From the NCBI GenBank assembly GCA_965247985.1, contig OZ252051.1, forward strand, positions 3,973,045 to 4,037,044: 64,000 bases of DNA. The letters run 5' to 3'. Position 1 is the first letter of the stretch. Each line of letters opens with the position of its first letter. Of the stretch, positions 36,055 through 45,021 are shown piece after piece. This DNA is from an uncultured Candidatus Binatia bacterium (GTDB taxonomy: Bacteria; Desulfobacterota; Binatia; Bin18). Made by a program: the position numbers and the translations under genes. The notes under the pieces are model-generated. The model was not told the origin of the DNA, ran no database searches, and saw only the letters and a program-made list of their open reading frames with translations.

Positions 36055-37188
36055 ATGAACCGGAGAGATTCGGAGTACGACCTGCTGATAGCCGGAGCCG
36101 GCCCGGTCGGTTGTGTTATCGCCGAGCGAGCCGCCAGCCAGCTCGGTTGGCGGGTCCTGCTGGTTGAGCAACGCAGCCATATTGCCGGCATGTGTTATGA
36201 CGGACTGCATACCAGCGGGGTGTTTATACATCACTTTGGGCCGCATTATTTTCGGACCAGCAACCCTGCTCTGGCCGAGTATCTGTCCCAATTCACCAAC
36301 TGGATCGACAGCAACTATATTGTAAAAAGCTGGGTGAACGGACGCTTGCACCCCTTCCCTATCAATCTCACAACGCTCGAAATGTTTTTCCACCGCCCTT
36401 TTACCGCCGCTTCAGCCGAGCAGTTACTCGATACCCTACGGGTAAAAATCAACGAACCGCAAAATGCCGAAGAATACGTATTGTCCCGCGTCGGACGCGA
36501 GTTGTACGAAGCATTTTATCTCCACTACACCCTGAAGGCATGGGGCAAACATCCGCGCGATTTACATCCGAGCGTCGTTGGGCGCATTCCTATTCGTTTC
36601 AACAGAGACGAACGCTATGTTGACCACACTTTTCAAAAAACTCCCGCGCAAGGGTTTACGGCCATGTTCGCCGCCATGCTGAATCACCCGAATATCGAAG
36701 TCCGGCTGAACGCCAGCTACAAAGACGCGGCCAAAGAAGTCCGGCCGCGCAGAGCGACAGTCTTTTCCGGGCCGGTAGATGCGTATTTTGATTACCGTTT
36801 AGGCAAACTTCCCTGGCGCTCGACCGCATTCGAGTTTGAATACTTTGATCAGGTGTTCAAACAGCCCTGTGTCCAAATCAACTATCCGACTCAGCATGCC
36901 TATACCCGCTCAACCGAGATCAAGCACCTGACCCGACAACGACACCCAGGCACAGTCGTAGCCTATGAATATCCGGGTGCGGACGGCGACCCGCTCTATC
37001 CTATCCCGGCGGCTGAGAATGAGCGCTTATACCAATCCTATGTAGAACTCGCGCAACGAGAAACACGGGACAAACACGTCTATTTTTGTGGCCGGCTGGC
37101 GCAATATACCTATATTAACTCCGACCAGGCCATGGAAAGAGCGCTCCAGACCTTTCAGCAAATCCGGGCGGATTGTGCGGGCGTGTAG
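36055..37188 (+). CDS. glf: UDP-galactopyranose mutase
   Basis: YDLLIAGAGPVGCVIAERAA (FAD fold), GPHYFRT, YTLKAWG and RLAQYTYINSDQAM. An alternative GTG start lies at 36043. Confidence 0.9.
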   Translation: MNRRDSEYDLLIAGAGPVGCVIAERAASQLGWRVLLVEQRSHIAGMCYDGLHTSGVFIHHFGPHYFRTSNPALAEYLSQFTNWIDSNYIVKSWVNGRLHPFPINLTTLEMFFHRPFTAASAEQLLDTLRVKINEPQNAEEYVLSRVGRELYEAFYLHYTLKAWGKHPRDLHPSVVGRIPIRFNRDERYVDHTFQKTPAQGFTAMFAAMLNHPNIEVRLNASYKDAAKEVRPRRATVFSGPVDAYFDYRLGKLPWRSTAFEFEYFDQVFKQPCVQINYPTQHAYTRSTEIKHLTRQRHPGTVVAYEYPGADGDPLYPIPAAENERLYQSYVELAQRETRDKHVYFCGRLAQYTYINSDQAMERALQTFQQIRADCAGV

Positions 37189-37928
37189 TGCAACAGCCCT
37201 CACACTCTGACACGCTCTTCGTTGTCCTGCCGGTGTACAACGAACAAGCTGCCCTGCGAGAGGTGATCGAAGAATGGCTGCCCGTTCTCAGAGCAGCCTG
37301 TGAAAATTTCGTCTTATACGCCATTAATGATGGCTCGACCGATGCGAGTCTCCGCATTCTCACGACGCTGTCCGCAGAGTTTCCCGAGATCGAAATACGG
37401 GATCAGGCCAACGCTGGCCACGGCCGCTCGTGTGTGCGCGGGTATGCGACCGCGGTCGCCCGCAATGCGGAGTGGGTCTTCCAAATAGACTCTGATGGTC
37501 AGTGCGATGTGCATTACTTTTCCAGCCTGTGGGACAGACGAAACACAAAGAAACCCGTGTACGGTTTTCGCTCCAAACGGGACGACGGCCTGAGACGGGT
37601 GCTGATATCACGAGCCCTGCGGTGGTGCGTCTATCTTGGAACCGGCACCTGGGTCCGAGACGCCAACGTCCCGTATCGGCTGATGCCCGTCTCCAGCGTT
37701 GCCCAGTGCCTCTCCCTCATCCCGGACAACCCTGCTTTGGCCAATGTTTTTTTATCCGCCCTGCAAGAGCACTACTATGGCATTGAGTGGGTCGATATCC
37801 GCTTCCGCAATCGCCACAGCGGCCAGTCGTCTCTGCGCTTCTCCGCCCTGCTGCGCACCGCGCTGCAACTGTATGGGCAACTCCGCCAGTGCTTTTCCGC
37901 TCTCCGCAAGTCCACCAAGTCCGCTTAA
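37173..37928 (+). CDS. Family 2 glycosyltransferase
   Basis: LFVVLPVYNEQAAL...YAINDGSTD...FQIDSDGQ (DxD). The start is uncertain: TTG at 37173 or GTG at 37188. It overlaps the glf end. Confidence 0.8.
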   Translation: MCGRVVQQPSHSDTLFVVLPVYNEQAALREVIEEWLPVLRAACENFVLYAINDGSTDASLRILTTLSAEFPEIEIRDQANAGHGRSCVRGYATAVARNAEWVFQIDSDGQCDVHYFSSLWDRRNTKKPVYGFRSKRDDGLRRVLISRALRWCVYLGTGTWVRDANVPYRLMPVSSVAQCLSLIPDNPALANVFLSALQEHYYGIEWVDIRFRNRHSGQSSLRFSALLRTALQLYGQLRQCFSALRKSTKSA

Positions 37929-38491
37929 CTGAGCGACAGGCGGAGGGTACCACTATCCAAATCTTGTCGAACCGCTTTCAGACAGGCCTCAAAATCGCCC
38001 TCGACCAATCGTCCGCCACTATCAAGCATGCCGCACTCCATCATAAGATTAATCGAGGTCCCAAAGTCGTCAACCAGCAGAAAGCCATCCTGGTCGATCT
38101 TTTGTCCGTCCGGCAGGGTCGTAAAACTGCACCGGCTTGGTAGGAATTCCTGCGCTGGAATCAAACGCTCAATATAACCATAGGTTGGTTTGCCGAGCGC
38201 GTTACCATACCCCAACTCATACGCCGTCCCGTCGTCGATTAACCCTCCTCGAAAGGCATTACAGTTCGCAACGATCATGTCACAGGCTTTGATCTGACCG
38301 ATGTCGCCCCGATAGATCTTCGTGGCCGTTCGCATTGAGCTTTCACTCAGGTCCACATTATTGTCCATGGGATGGAGGCCAATGAAACCGTACTGTACGC
38401 ACAGGCTCCGCTGAATCTGCGCGTACTCAACCGCGTCGGGGCGAAAGACTTCGGGTCCGGCGAGGTAGAGTTTAGGCGGAGTGTTTGACAT
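37925..38491 (-). CDS. Nucleoside 2-deoxyribosyltransferase family protein
   Basis: Start MSNTPPKLYLAGPEVF. Motifs CDMIVANCNAFRGGLIDDGTAYELGYGNALGKP. Its stop overlaps the convergent GT2 stop (TTAA). Confidence 0.8.
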   Translation of the reverse strand: MSNTPPKLYLAGPEVFRPDAVEYAQIQRSLCVQYGFIGLHPMDNNVDLSESSMRTATKIYRGDIGQIKACDMIVANCNAFRGGLIDDGTAYELGYGNALGKPTYGYIERLIPAQEFLPSRCSFTTLPDGQKIDQDGFLLVDDFGTSINLMMECGMLDSGGRLVEGDFEACLKAVRQDLDSGTLRLSLS

Positions 38492-38568
38492 GGGGAGTAG
38501 GCCTCCAATCTTCTCCTCTCTCGGGAGGGGACGAGCATTATTCAACACAGACGAGGGACACGAGGAGA

Positions 38569-39336
38569 TTACCGACCAATATACTTGGGCTCGCGTTTCT
38601 CCAGAAACGAATTGACCCCTTCTTCGTAATCATGGGTGGAGCGCAGCCAGGCGTAGGACTTGCGCTCTAACTCCAGGGCCGTCTCCAGCGCGGCATCAGC
38701 GCCTTTATTGAGCACCGTCTTTAAGGTCCGGAGTGCTAGGGGCGCGCGCTCAGCCAACTCAGTCGAAAGTTCGGCTAGGGCGCGCTCAAATTCGTCGCCA
38801 GCAACGCATTGCGTAATCAACCCCCACTGCTCGGCTTGGGGTGCTGTAATGCGGCGACCGGTCATCATAAACAACTTCGCCCGCGTCATACCGATGAGGC
38901 GCAGGGCCCGCTGCGTGCCACCGCTGCCAGGGATCATCCCCAGACGAATTTCAGGAAACGCGAACTGTGAGCGCTCAGTGGCAATACGAAAGTCGCAGGC
39001 CAGCGCGAGTTCAAGACCAGCTCCCATAGTATAGCCATCAATGGCCGCAATCACAGGCTTACGACAGCGCTCCGGCCAGCTCAGCGTGTCGCCCCACTCT
39101 TCCAGGTCGGCCGGCGTTTGGGTCAGGAATTCGGACAGGTCGCCGCCGGCACTAAACGCCTTTCCGCCCGCACCGCGAATAATGACCACTCGCACCGCGT
39201 CGTCCGCATCAAGACTGAGTATGAGGCCGGGCAGCTCTTTGCGCATGGCTACGGTGATGGTGTTCATCAGCGTCTGACGGTCAATCCAGATAGTTGCTTC
39301 AGCACCGTTCTTTTCTATGCGAATGACATCACTCAT
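38569..39336 (-). CDS. Enoyl-CoA hydratase/isomerase (crotonase) family protein
   Basis: Start MSDVIRIEKNG. Motifs VVIIRGAGGKAFSAGGDL, AAIDGYTMGAGLELALACDFRIA and PEIRLGMIPGSGGTQRL. Confidence 0.9.
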   Translation of the reverse strand: MSDVIRIEKNGAEATIWIDRQTLMNTITVAMRKELPGLILSLDADDAVRVVIIRGAGGKAFSAGGDLSEFLTQTPADLEEWGDTLSWPERCRKPVIAAIDGYTMGAGLELALACDFRIATERSQFAFPEIRLGMIPGSGGTQRALRLIGMTRAKLFMMTGRRITAPQAEQWGLITQCVAGDEFERALAELSTELAERAPLALRTLKTVLNKGADAALETALELERKSYAWLRSTHDYEEGVNSFLEKREPKYIGR

Positions 39337-39371
39337 TGTTCTTCTTCCTGTTTTCTTCTTCCAAGCAACAT

Positions 39372-39408
39372 CCCCTCGTCCCTTGGGGGAGAGGGCTAGG
39401 GTGAGGGG
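39372..39408. repeat. GGGAGAGGG-type dispersed repeat, copy 1
   Basis: cccctcgtcccttgggggagagggctagggtgagggg. It is near-identical to 59076-59112, in the same orientation, and lies in the spacer upstream of a minus-strand gene. Confidence 0.65.
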
Positions 39409-39433
39409 AATCAAAATCAGTTTTCATGAGACT

Positions 39434-40999
39434 TCACACCGTCTCATATTCTCCCTCAAGCAGTCTGCGACGCAATAATTTGCCCGTCGGACTCTTGGGT
39501 AAGCCGGGCACAAACTCATAGCGCCGCGGACGTTTGAAGTCGGCAAAGTCCTCGGCCTGACGACAGAAGGCGTCCAGGTCTTCCGCACGCAGCGCAACAA
39601 GACTCCCGTCAGCCCCCCGTTTGGGAATAACAAAGGCAGTGACCACCTGTCCCCAGCGCTGGTCCGGTAGACCGACGACACAAGCTTCATCAACCCCAGG
39701 GTGACGAGAGACAACCTCCTCAACCTCAAGCGGATAAATATTCTCCCCACCGCTAATGACCATATCATCCACCCGACCAACGGTGAAAATATCTCCGTCT
39801 TCGTCCTCGTACACGAGATCGCCGCTAAAATACCAGCCGCCACGCAGCGCTTTGGCATCCGCCTCGGGCCGCCGCCAATAGCCCTGAAACGCTTCGGGCG
39901 AGGAGAGACTGACAATCAGCTCGCCGGTTTCCCCCCGAGACAGAACGGCGTCCGGGTCACCCTGTCTTTCGGAATCAGCCCGCACGATGCGGATCCGGCT
40001 AAAGATACCGGCTCGGCCGGCACAGGTCGGTTTCTCCAATATACGATCACAGATCGTGAATGTATAAATTTCGGTACTCCCGAGATGATTGACAAAAACC
40101 CGAGGCTGGAAAATATCCGCAACCTGTTGCGTGAGTGTCCCGGACATGGGCGCTCCGGCGTAACCCAGCTTGGTGACGCTCGCCATTGCCGTCCGCGTGC
40201 AATCCGGCACATTGACCAGATCGTGATACAGCGTCGGAACGAGATAGAGCGACGTGACCTGCTCGTTCGCAATCAGATTCACGGCTGTCTCCGGGCTCCA
40301 GTCCGGCAGGCAGATCAAGCAACCGTTCAGTAAGGCCATGACAAGCATCGAGCGGACACCCATCGTATGGTAGAGCGGCATGACTCCGAGGGTGCGATCT
40401 CGAATGCTGTTCTGGCTTTGCAGGCTATGGGCGAGGGCCGCACTATACTCGGCCCGATGCGTGCGCGGCACTCCTTTGGGCCGACCGGTTGTGCCGGACG
40501 TATACAGCATAATGCTGCTGTCCGCTTCGGAAACCTCAGCTGGCGATGCCCTGCCGGTCCCTTCGTCCTCTAACAGAGCGGAAAAAGAAAGACAGTCTGC
40601 CGGGGGATTGTCTCCAACGTAGATCCAGGTATGAACGGTTGACAGTGAGGGCCGCGCCGCCTGGACCGCCGCGTGACTTGCCTGTTCAAATATGACCGCA
40701 ACCGCTTCCGCGTCCTGGACACAAAATGCGATATCCCCGGCTGACCAGCGCCAGTTAAGCGGCGTCGCAATGGCGCCGATCCGCTGACACGCCCAGTACG
40801 CGGTGGCATGTTCGAGCCGGTTTTTCAGCAAAAACACAACATGGTCACCGCGGGTAATACCACGCCGGTGTAAGGCCTGCGCCACCCGGCTGATACGAGT
40901 CTGCCAGGCGCGGTAGGTCAGACGCCGGTCTCCATCAATAATAGCCTCTGCCTCGGGATACCGAGCGGCGGCCATATCGATGACGCTGGCGATATTCAT
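39434..40999 (-). CDS. AMP-dependent acyl-CoA synthetase/ligase
   Basis: Start MNIASVID. Its ATG overlaps the upstream TGA (ATGA). Motifs MLYTSGTTGRPKGV, YHTMG, GELIV, SGDL.Y.DEDG and ISGGENIYP.EVE. Confidence 0.9.
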   Translation of the reverse strand: MNIASVIDMAAARYPEAEAIIDGDRRLTYRAWQTRISRVAQALHRRGITRGDHVVFLLKNRLEHATAYWACQRIGAIATPLNWRWSAGDIAFCVQDAEAVAVIFEQASHAAVQAARPSLSTVHTWIYVGDNPPADCLSFSALLEDEGTGRASPAEVSEADSSIMLYTSGTTGRPKGVPRTHRAEYSAALAHSLQSQNSIRDRTLGVMPLYHTMGVRSMLVMALLNGCLICLPDWSPETAVNLIANEQVTSLYLVPTLYHDLVNVPDCTRTAMASVTKLGYAGAPMSGTLTQQVADIFQPRVFVNHLGSTEIYTFTICDRILEKPTCAGRAGIFSRIRIVRADSERQGDPDAVLSRGETGELIVSLSSPEAFQGYWRRPEADAKALRGGWYFSGDLVYEDEDGDIFTVGRVDDMVISGGENIYPLEVEEVVSRHPGVDEACVVGLPDQRWGQVVTAFVIPKRGADGSLVALRAEDLDAFCRQAEDFADFKRPRRYEFVPGLPKSPTGKLLRRRLLEGEYETV

Positions 41000-43437
41000 G
41001 CAGGGCTTCCTTTCATACTCGCCTCCAACTGCTGCCACAGCTTGTTTGGGGTCAGGGGCAACTCGGTAATTTCAATACCAAGATGGCGGACGGCATCGGC
41101 CACCGCATTGGCAATGGCAATCGGCGCAGTCTGGGCGGTGCTTTCCCCGATGCCCTTGGCTCCGGTTAAGGACTGGGGAGTCGGCAGCACAATATGGTCC
41201 ATCACCACGTTGTCCGGCATTTCGTTCAGCGTCGGACACAGATAGTCCATCAACGTTCCGGTCAGAAAATCACCCGTCTCGGTGTAACGCAGCTCCTCGT
41301 ACAGAGCACCGGCAAGGCCGTGTAAGAGACCGCCGGCGAACTGTCCTCGGGCTATCTGTGGGTGCAGGATATTCCCGGCGTCGTGCACAGTAATGTAGTC
41401 GGTCACGCGGATATCGAGCGTCTCTGTATCGATCTCAACAACGGCAACATCCGCAGTGAAAGCATAGACCGCAGAAGAGTTCACCTGATCGTACTCGTTC
41501 GGATAGTCGAGATCACGGGCAATAAACGTTCCTTCAACGTTACAGGCGGTCTCCAACTTCGGCGGCAGCGTTCCGGTTGACCAGTGCAGACGCGCCGCGA
41601 CGTCTTTCAGGCTCAGGCCGAGCTGGGTGTTATCGAGCGCAACAATGCGGCCTTCCCGGACGCTGAGTCGATGCGCTTCAACATCCAGGAAGTAGGCAGC
41701 CGCCTGGATAAGATTGTCTTGCAACTGCTTGGTAGCAGCGACAATTGAACTTGCCCCGACCGCGCCAAAACGACTGGAATAGCTGCCTGAAGAAACCGAC
41801 CACGGTCTGGAGCCGGTATCCATCCCGGCGATGACAGTCACGTCTGCTGGCGCAATGCCCAAGGCTTGGGCGACAATAAAAGCGGCAGTCGTTTCCTGTC
41901 CCTGTCCGTGGGCCGCTGTCTCCAACTCAACCGTGACGCCGCCCGTCGCGTCCAAGTAGATACGTGTCGTCTGAGCCGAGCCGACTCGGACTAGGTTTGG
42001 GCGTCGCTGCGCGGCTTTCTTACTCACGTCTATATAGCCCATATTCGAGCCCGAGGGATCTATTGCAACGGCGATGCCAACCCCGCGCCACACCCTGGCA
42101 TCACTCGGACCTGAAGTACCCCCTGAAGTGCCGGTGGATTGCCGTAGCTTCCAGTAATCACTCAGTTCCAGCGCGCGCTGCGTGGCACGGGGATAATCCC
42201 CGGAGTCGTACAGTCCGCCCGTCACCGTGCGGTAGGGGATATCGTGTGGCTGGATGAGGTTTTGCAACCTGACCTCGGCTGGGTCTTTACCAATCTTCAG
42301 GGCGATTTCGTCAATCGCGCGCTCAATCGGGAAATAGTGCTGTTGGCAGGCATAGCCACGATTCGGGCCGCTGGGACAGACATTCGTCATGACCGCCAGG
42401 GCGTTGACCTGAAGATGCTCGATCTTGTAGGCGTTCATGAAATTGCCGACTGGACGGAACAAACAGCCAGGTTCCGGCGCACGAATATAGGCCCCCACAT
42501 TGTCCATGAGGCGCATTTTGAGACCGAGCAGTTGGCCATCATTGCGTGCCGCGACCTCAAGTTCCGTCACCCGGTCCGTTCCGGTCGAGCTTGCGCTGAG
42601 CGACTCCAGGCGGTCTTCGATCCACTTGACCGGACGGCCGGCTTTCCGAGAAGCAAGCGCCATTAAGGCCATATAGGGATACAGGGCGATCTTATTCCCG
42701 AATGAACCACCGACATCCGGTGGCGTTACTACGCGCAGCTTGCTGAGGGGAACACGGAGCGCCCCAGCCAAAACTGCCAGCATGCTATACGGCCCGTGAA
42801 AGTTGGCCCAAAAACTGACCTGTGACGAGGACGGATTCCAACTGGCGATAATCCCATAGGTTTCGAGTGGAAAGGACTGATAGCGGGGAAAAACATAGCG
42901 CTGCGAGAACACCATATCCGCAGTGCTGAAGACCGCTTCCACATCGCCGTAGGTGAGCTGACGATCGATGGCGACATTGGTTGCAAGCTCCTCATGCAGG
43001 ATGGGGGCCGAGGGCTGCATGGCGGCCTCAACATCAACCACGGCAGGCAGTGGCTCATACTCCACTTCGATTTTATCCCGGGCGTCTTCAGCAATATATC
43101 GGTCGGCGGCAACCACCACCGCGACCGGCTCGCCAACATAGCGTACTTTTTCGATAGCGCAGGAATAGTATCGTCCCGGACGTTCGGCAGCCACCGCAAA
43201 CGGCCGACTCCACCCTTGGATTTCACGCCCGGTCAGCACAGTGATGACGCCCGGAAGCGCCAGCGCAGCGCTGGGATCAATGTCTATAATACGCGCATGC
43301 GCATACGGGCTTCTCACCACCGCGGCATGGGCGAGATTGGGCAGCGGGTTGAGGTCGGCAATATACTGGGCCTGAAGATCAAAGAGCCGCCGGCCTTCGG
43401 TTGAGGGCGGCGGCGCGGTGGTTGGATGCTGAGACAT
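40996..43437 (-). CDS. Molybdopterin-dependent hydroxylase large subunit (xanthine dehydrogenase / aldehyde oxidase family)
   Basis: 813 aa. Contains Ald_Xan_dh_C and C2 regions, and the C-terminal catalytic Glu context GAKGIGESTAQTAPIAIANAV. The active-site loop reads GPNRGYACQQ. It is neither the VAYRCSFR loop (form I CODH) nor AYRGAGR. Confidence 0.9.
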   Translation of the reverse strand: MSQHPTTAPPPSTEGRRLFDLQAQYIADLNPLPNLAHAAVVRSPYAHARIIDIDPSAALALPGVITVLTGREIQGWSRPFAVAAERPGRYYSCAIEKVRYVGEPVAVVVAADRYIAEDARDKIEVEYEPLPAVVDVEAAMQPSAPILHEELATNVAIDRQLTYGDVEAVFSTADMVFSQRYVFPRYQSFPLETYGIIASWNPSSSQVSFWANFHGPYSMLAVLAGALRVPLSKLRVVTPPDVGGSFGNKIALYPYMALMALASRKAGRPVKWIEDRLESLSASSTGTDRVTELEVAARNDGQLLGLKMRLMDNVGAYIRAPEPGCLFRPVGNFMNAYKIEHLQVNALAVMTNVCPSGPNRGYACQQHYFPIERAIDEIALKIGKDPAEVRLQNLIQPHDIPYRTVTGGLYDSGDYPRATQRALELSDYWKLRQSTGTSGGTSGPSDARVWRGVGIAVAIDPSGSNMGYIDVSKKAAQRRPNLVRVGSAQTTRIYLDATGGVTVELETAAHGQGQETTAAFIVAQALGIAPADVTVIAGMDTGSRPWSVSSGSYSSRFGAVGASSIVAATKQLQDNLIQAAAYFLDVEAHRLSVREGRIVALDNTQLGLSLKDVAARLHWSTGTLPPKLETACNVEGTFIARDLDYPNEYDQVNSSAVYAFTADVAVVEIDTETLDIRVTDYITVHDAGNILHPQIARGQFAGGLLHGLAGALYEELRYTETGDFLTGTLMDYLCPTLNEMPDNVVMDHIVLPTPQSLTGAKGIGESTAQTAPIAIANAVADAVRHLGIEITELPLTPNKLWQQLEASMKGSPA

Positions 43438-43485
43438 AATGCTAAGAAAGACGCTGTTGGACTATCACGCAGGGGTTGAATCCGT

Positions 43486-43968
43486 TCACTTTCTTTGATC
43501 CCGCAAGCGCTTGGCTGCCTCCACAATACTCACATAGCCGGTGCAGCGACATATATGCCCCCCCAGCGTCTCTTGAATATCCCGGTCCGTAATCGGCTCT
43601 GGCGCGGTCTCCAGGAGATGACACAGACTAAGGGCGAAACCGGCAGTGCAAAAGCCGCACTGCATAGCAAAGTGCTCAACAAAAGCCTGCCCGACCGTTT
43701 TTCCGAGGTCGGTTTGCATGATCCCTTCAAGCGTGGTGATCGCATGTCCTGCCGCTTGCGGGGCCAAACGCAAACATGAACGAACGGGCAATCCATCAAC
43801 CAGCACCGTACAGGCACCGCACACCCCCTGCTCACACCCCAGATGTACGCTGGTGCAGCCGGCCTCTTCGCGCAGAAAGTCGGCCAGCGTTTTGCGAACG
43901 TCAACCAGCGTTTCAACTGGCGTTCCGTTGACGGCGGTCGTGACAATGATGCGGCGTTGAGGCTGCAC
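43486..43968 (-). CDS. (2Fe-2S)-binding small subunit
   Basis: GTG start 5 nt after AGGAGA, overlapping the upstream TAG by 1 nt. Motifs CEQGVCGACTV and CGFCTAG...NICRCTGY-type (HICRCTGY). Confidence 0.9.
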   Translation of the reverse strand: MQPQRRIIVTTAVNGTPVETLVDVRKTLADFLREEAGCTSVHLGCEQGVCGACTVLVDGLPVRSCLRLAPQAAGHAITTLEGIMQTDLGKTVGQAFVEHFAMQCGFCTAGFALSLCHLLETAPEPITDRDIQETLGGHICRCTGYVSIVEAAKRLRDQRK

Positions 43969-44864
43969 TATGCTCTCCTGACCGTGTTCTCTCGGCCTTC
44001 CTTCCCTTTCCACATAGCAACAGCATCCAGGTAGGCGCGCTTGACCATCACCCGAGCGAGATGCTTCCGATACTCGGCAGAGGCATGCAGATCAGTGTGA
44101 CAATCGAGTCCTGCGACAGCCGACGCCGCAACCGCCTCGGCCTGACCGTCAGACAATACCTGCTGTGTCAGCACGGCTTCAGCCTGGGGGACCCGCAGAG
44201 GGCGATCCTCCACGCCAAACAGGACGACACGTCCATGCGCACAACGGTCCTCACCCATCTCGGCCAGCACGATCGCCCCGGCCAGGGCAAAATCCCCCGC
44301 CCGTCGGGTGTACTCCCGCACCCCCCACACCACGTTCTTGCGGATGGGGATACGGACTTCGGTCAGCAGTTCGTCAGGCCGGATATCCGCGCTCAGGGGA
44401 CCCTGAAAAAAATCAACCGCCTGAATACAGCGTGCTCCGGACGGTCCGACAACGAGCAGCTCTGCGTTTAAGGCGCAAATTGCCGCCGGCAGTTCCGCGG
44501 CCGGGTCGGCATGGGCCAGACTCCCCCCAATTGTTCCCGCATACCGAATAGGCGGATGGCCGATCAGGCGCGTGACCGCAGCCAACACGGGCACGGTGCG
44601 CTGAATACGAGCGTCCCGTTCAAGCCTGTATTGCCGGGTGAGAGCGCCAATATGCAGGCGCTCAGCCTCTTGACGGATGTAGCTCAACTCGTCCAAGCCG
44701 TTGATGTCCACAACCACGCCGGGAGTTGTCAGTCGCATATTGAGGAGCGGCATAAGACTCTGGCCCCCAGCGAGAATCTTCGCCTCGTCGCCATACTGAC
44801 CAAGGACGGCCAGCGTCTGTTCGATTGATTTCGGAGCAATATACTCAAAGGGGGCAGGCTTCAT
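43968..44864 (-). CDS. FAD-binding subunit (CoxM/XdhB-like)
   Basis: Start MKPAPFEYIAPKS after GAGGGAGAA. Motifs ILAGGQSLMPLLNMR and AGTIGGSLAHADPAAE. There is no Cys-rich 4Fe-4S insertion. Confidence 0.9.
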   Translation of the reverse strand: MKPAPFEYIAPKSIEQTLAVLGQYGDEAKILAGGQSLMPLLNMRLTTPGVVVDINGLDELSYIRQEAERLHIGALTRQYRLERDARIQRTVPVLAAVTRLIGHPPIRYAGTIGGSLAHADPAAELPAAICALNAELLVVGPSGARCIQAVDFFQGPLSADIRPDELLTEVRIPIRKNVVWGVREYTRRAGDFALAGAIVLAEMGEDRCAHGRVVLFGVEDRPLRVPQAEAVLTQQVLSDGQAEAVAASAVAGLDCHTDLHASAEYRKHLARVMVKRAYLDAVAMWKGKEGRENTVRRA

Positions 44865-45021
44865 TTCTCCCTCTTCGACCTCGCGCCGGACTATACTATG
44901 GATGGAATAGCCAGTCCAGTTTTCCAGCCCCCTGCGTTTCTCCAGTTGACGCACCCCCGGACAATCCATATTGATGGGCCGAAGAGTCTAGGATCACTTT
45001 TTTTCCGAAAGGAGTATGTGT

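Noticed and set aside
40996-43437. Large subunit as carbon monoxide dehydrogenase (CoxL)
   Set aside because: The active-site loop reads GPNRGYACQQ, not VAYRCSFR (form I) or AYRGAGR (form II). The operon partners (CoA ligase, crotonase) point to an organic acyl-CoA substrate.
43968-44864. Operon as 4-hydroxybenzoyl-CoA reductase (HcrABC)
   Set aside because: The FAD subunit shows no Cys-rich insertion that could bind the extra [4Fe-4S] cluster characteristic of the HcrB/HbaD beta subunits.
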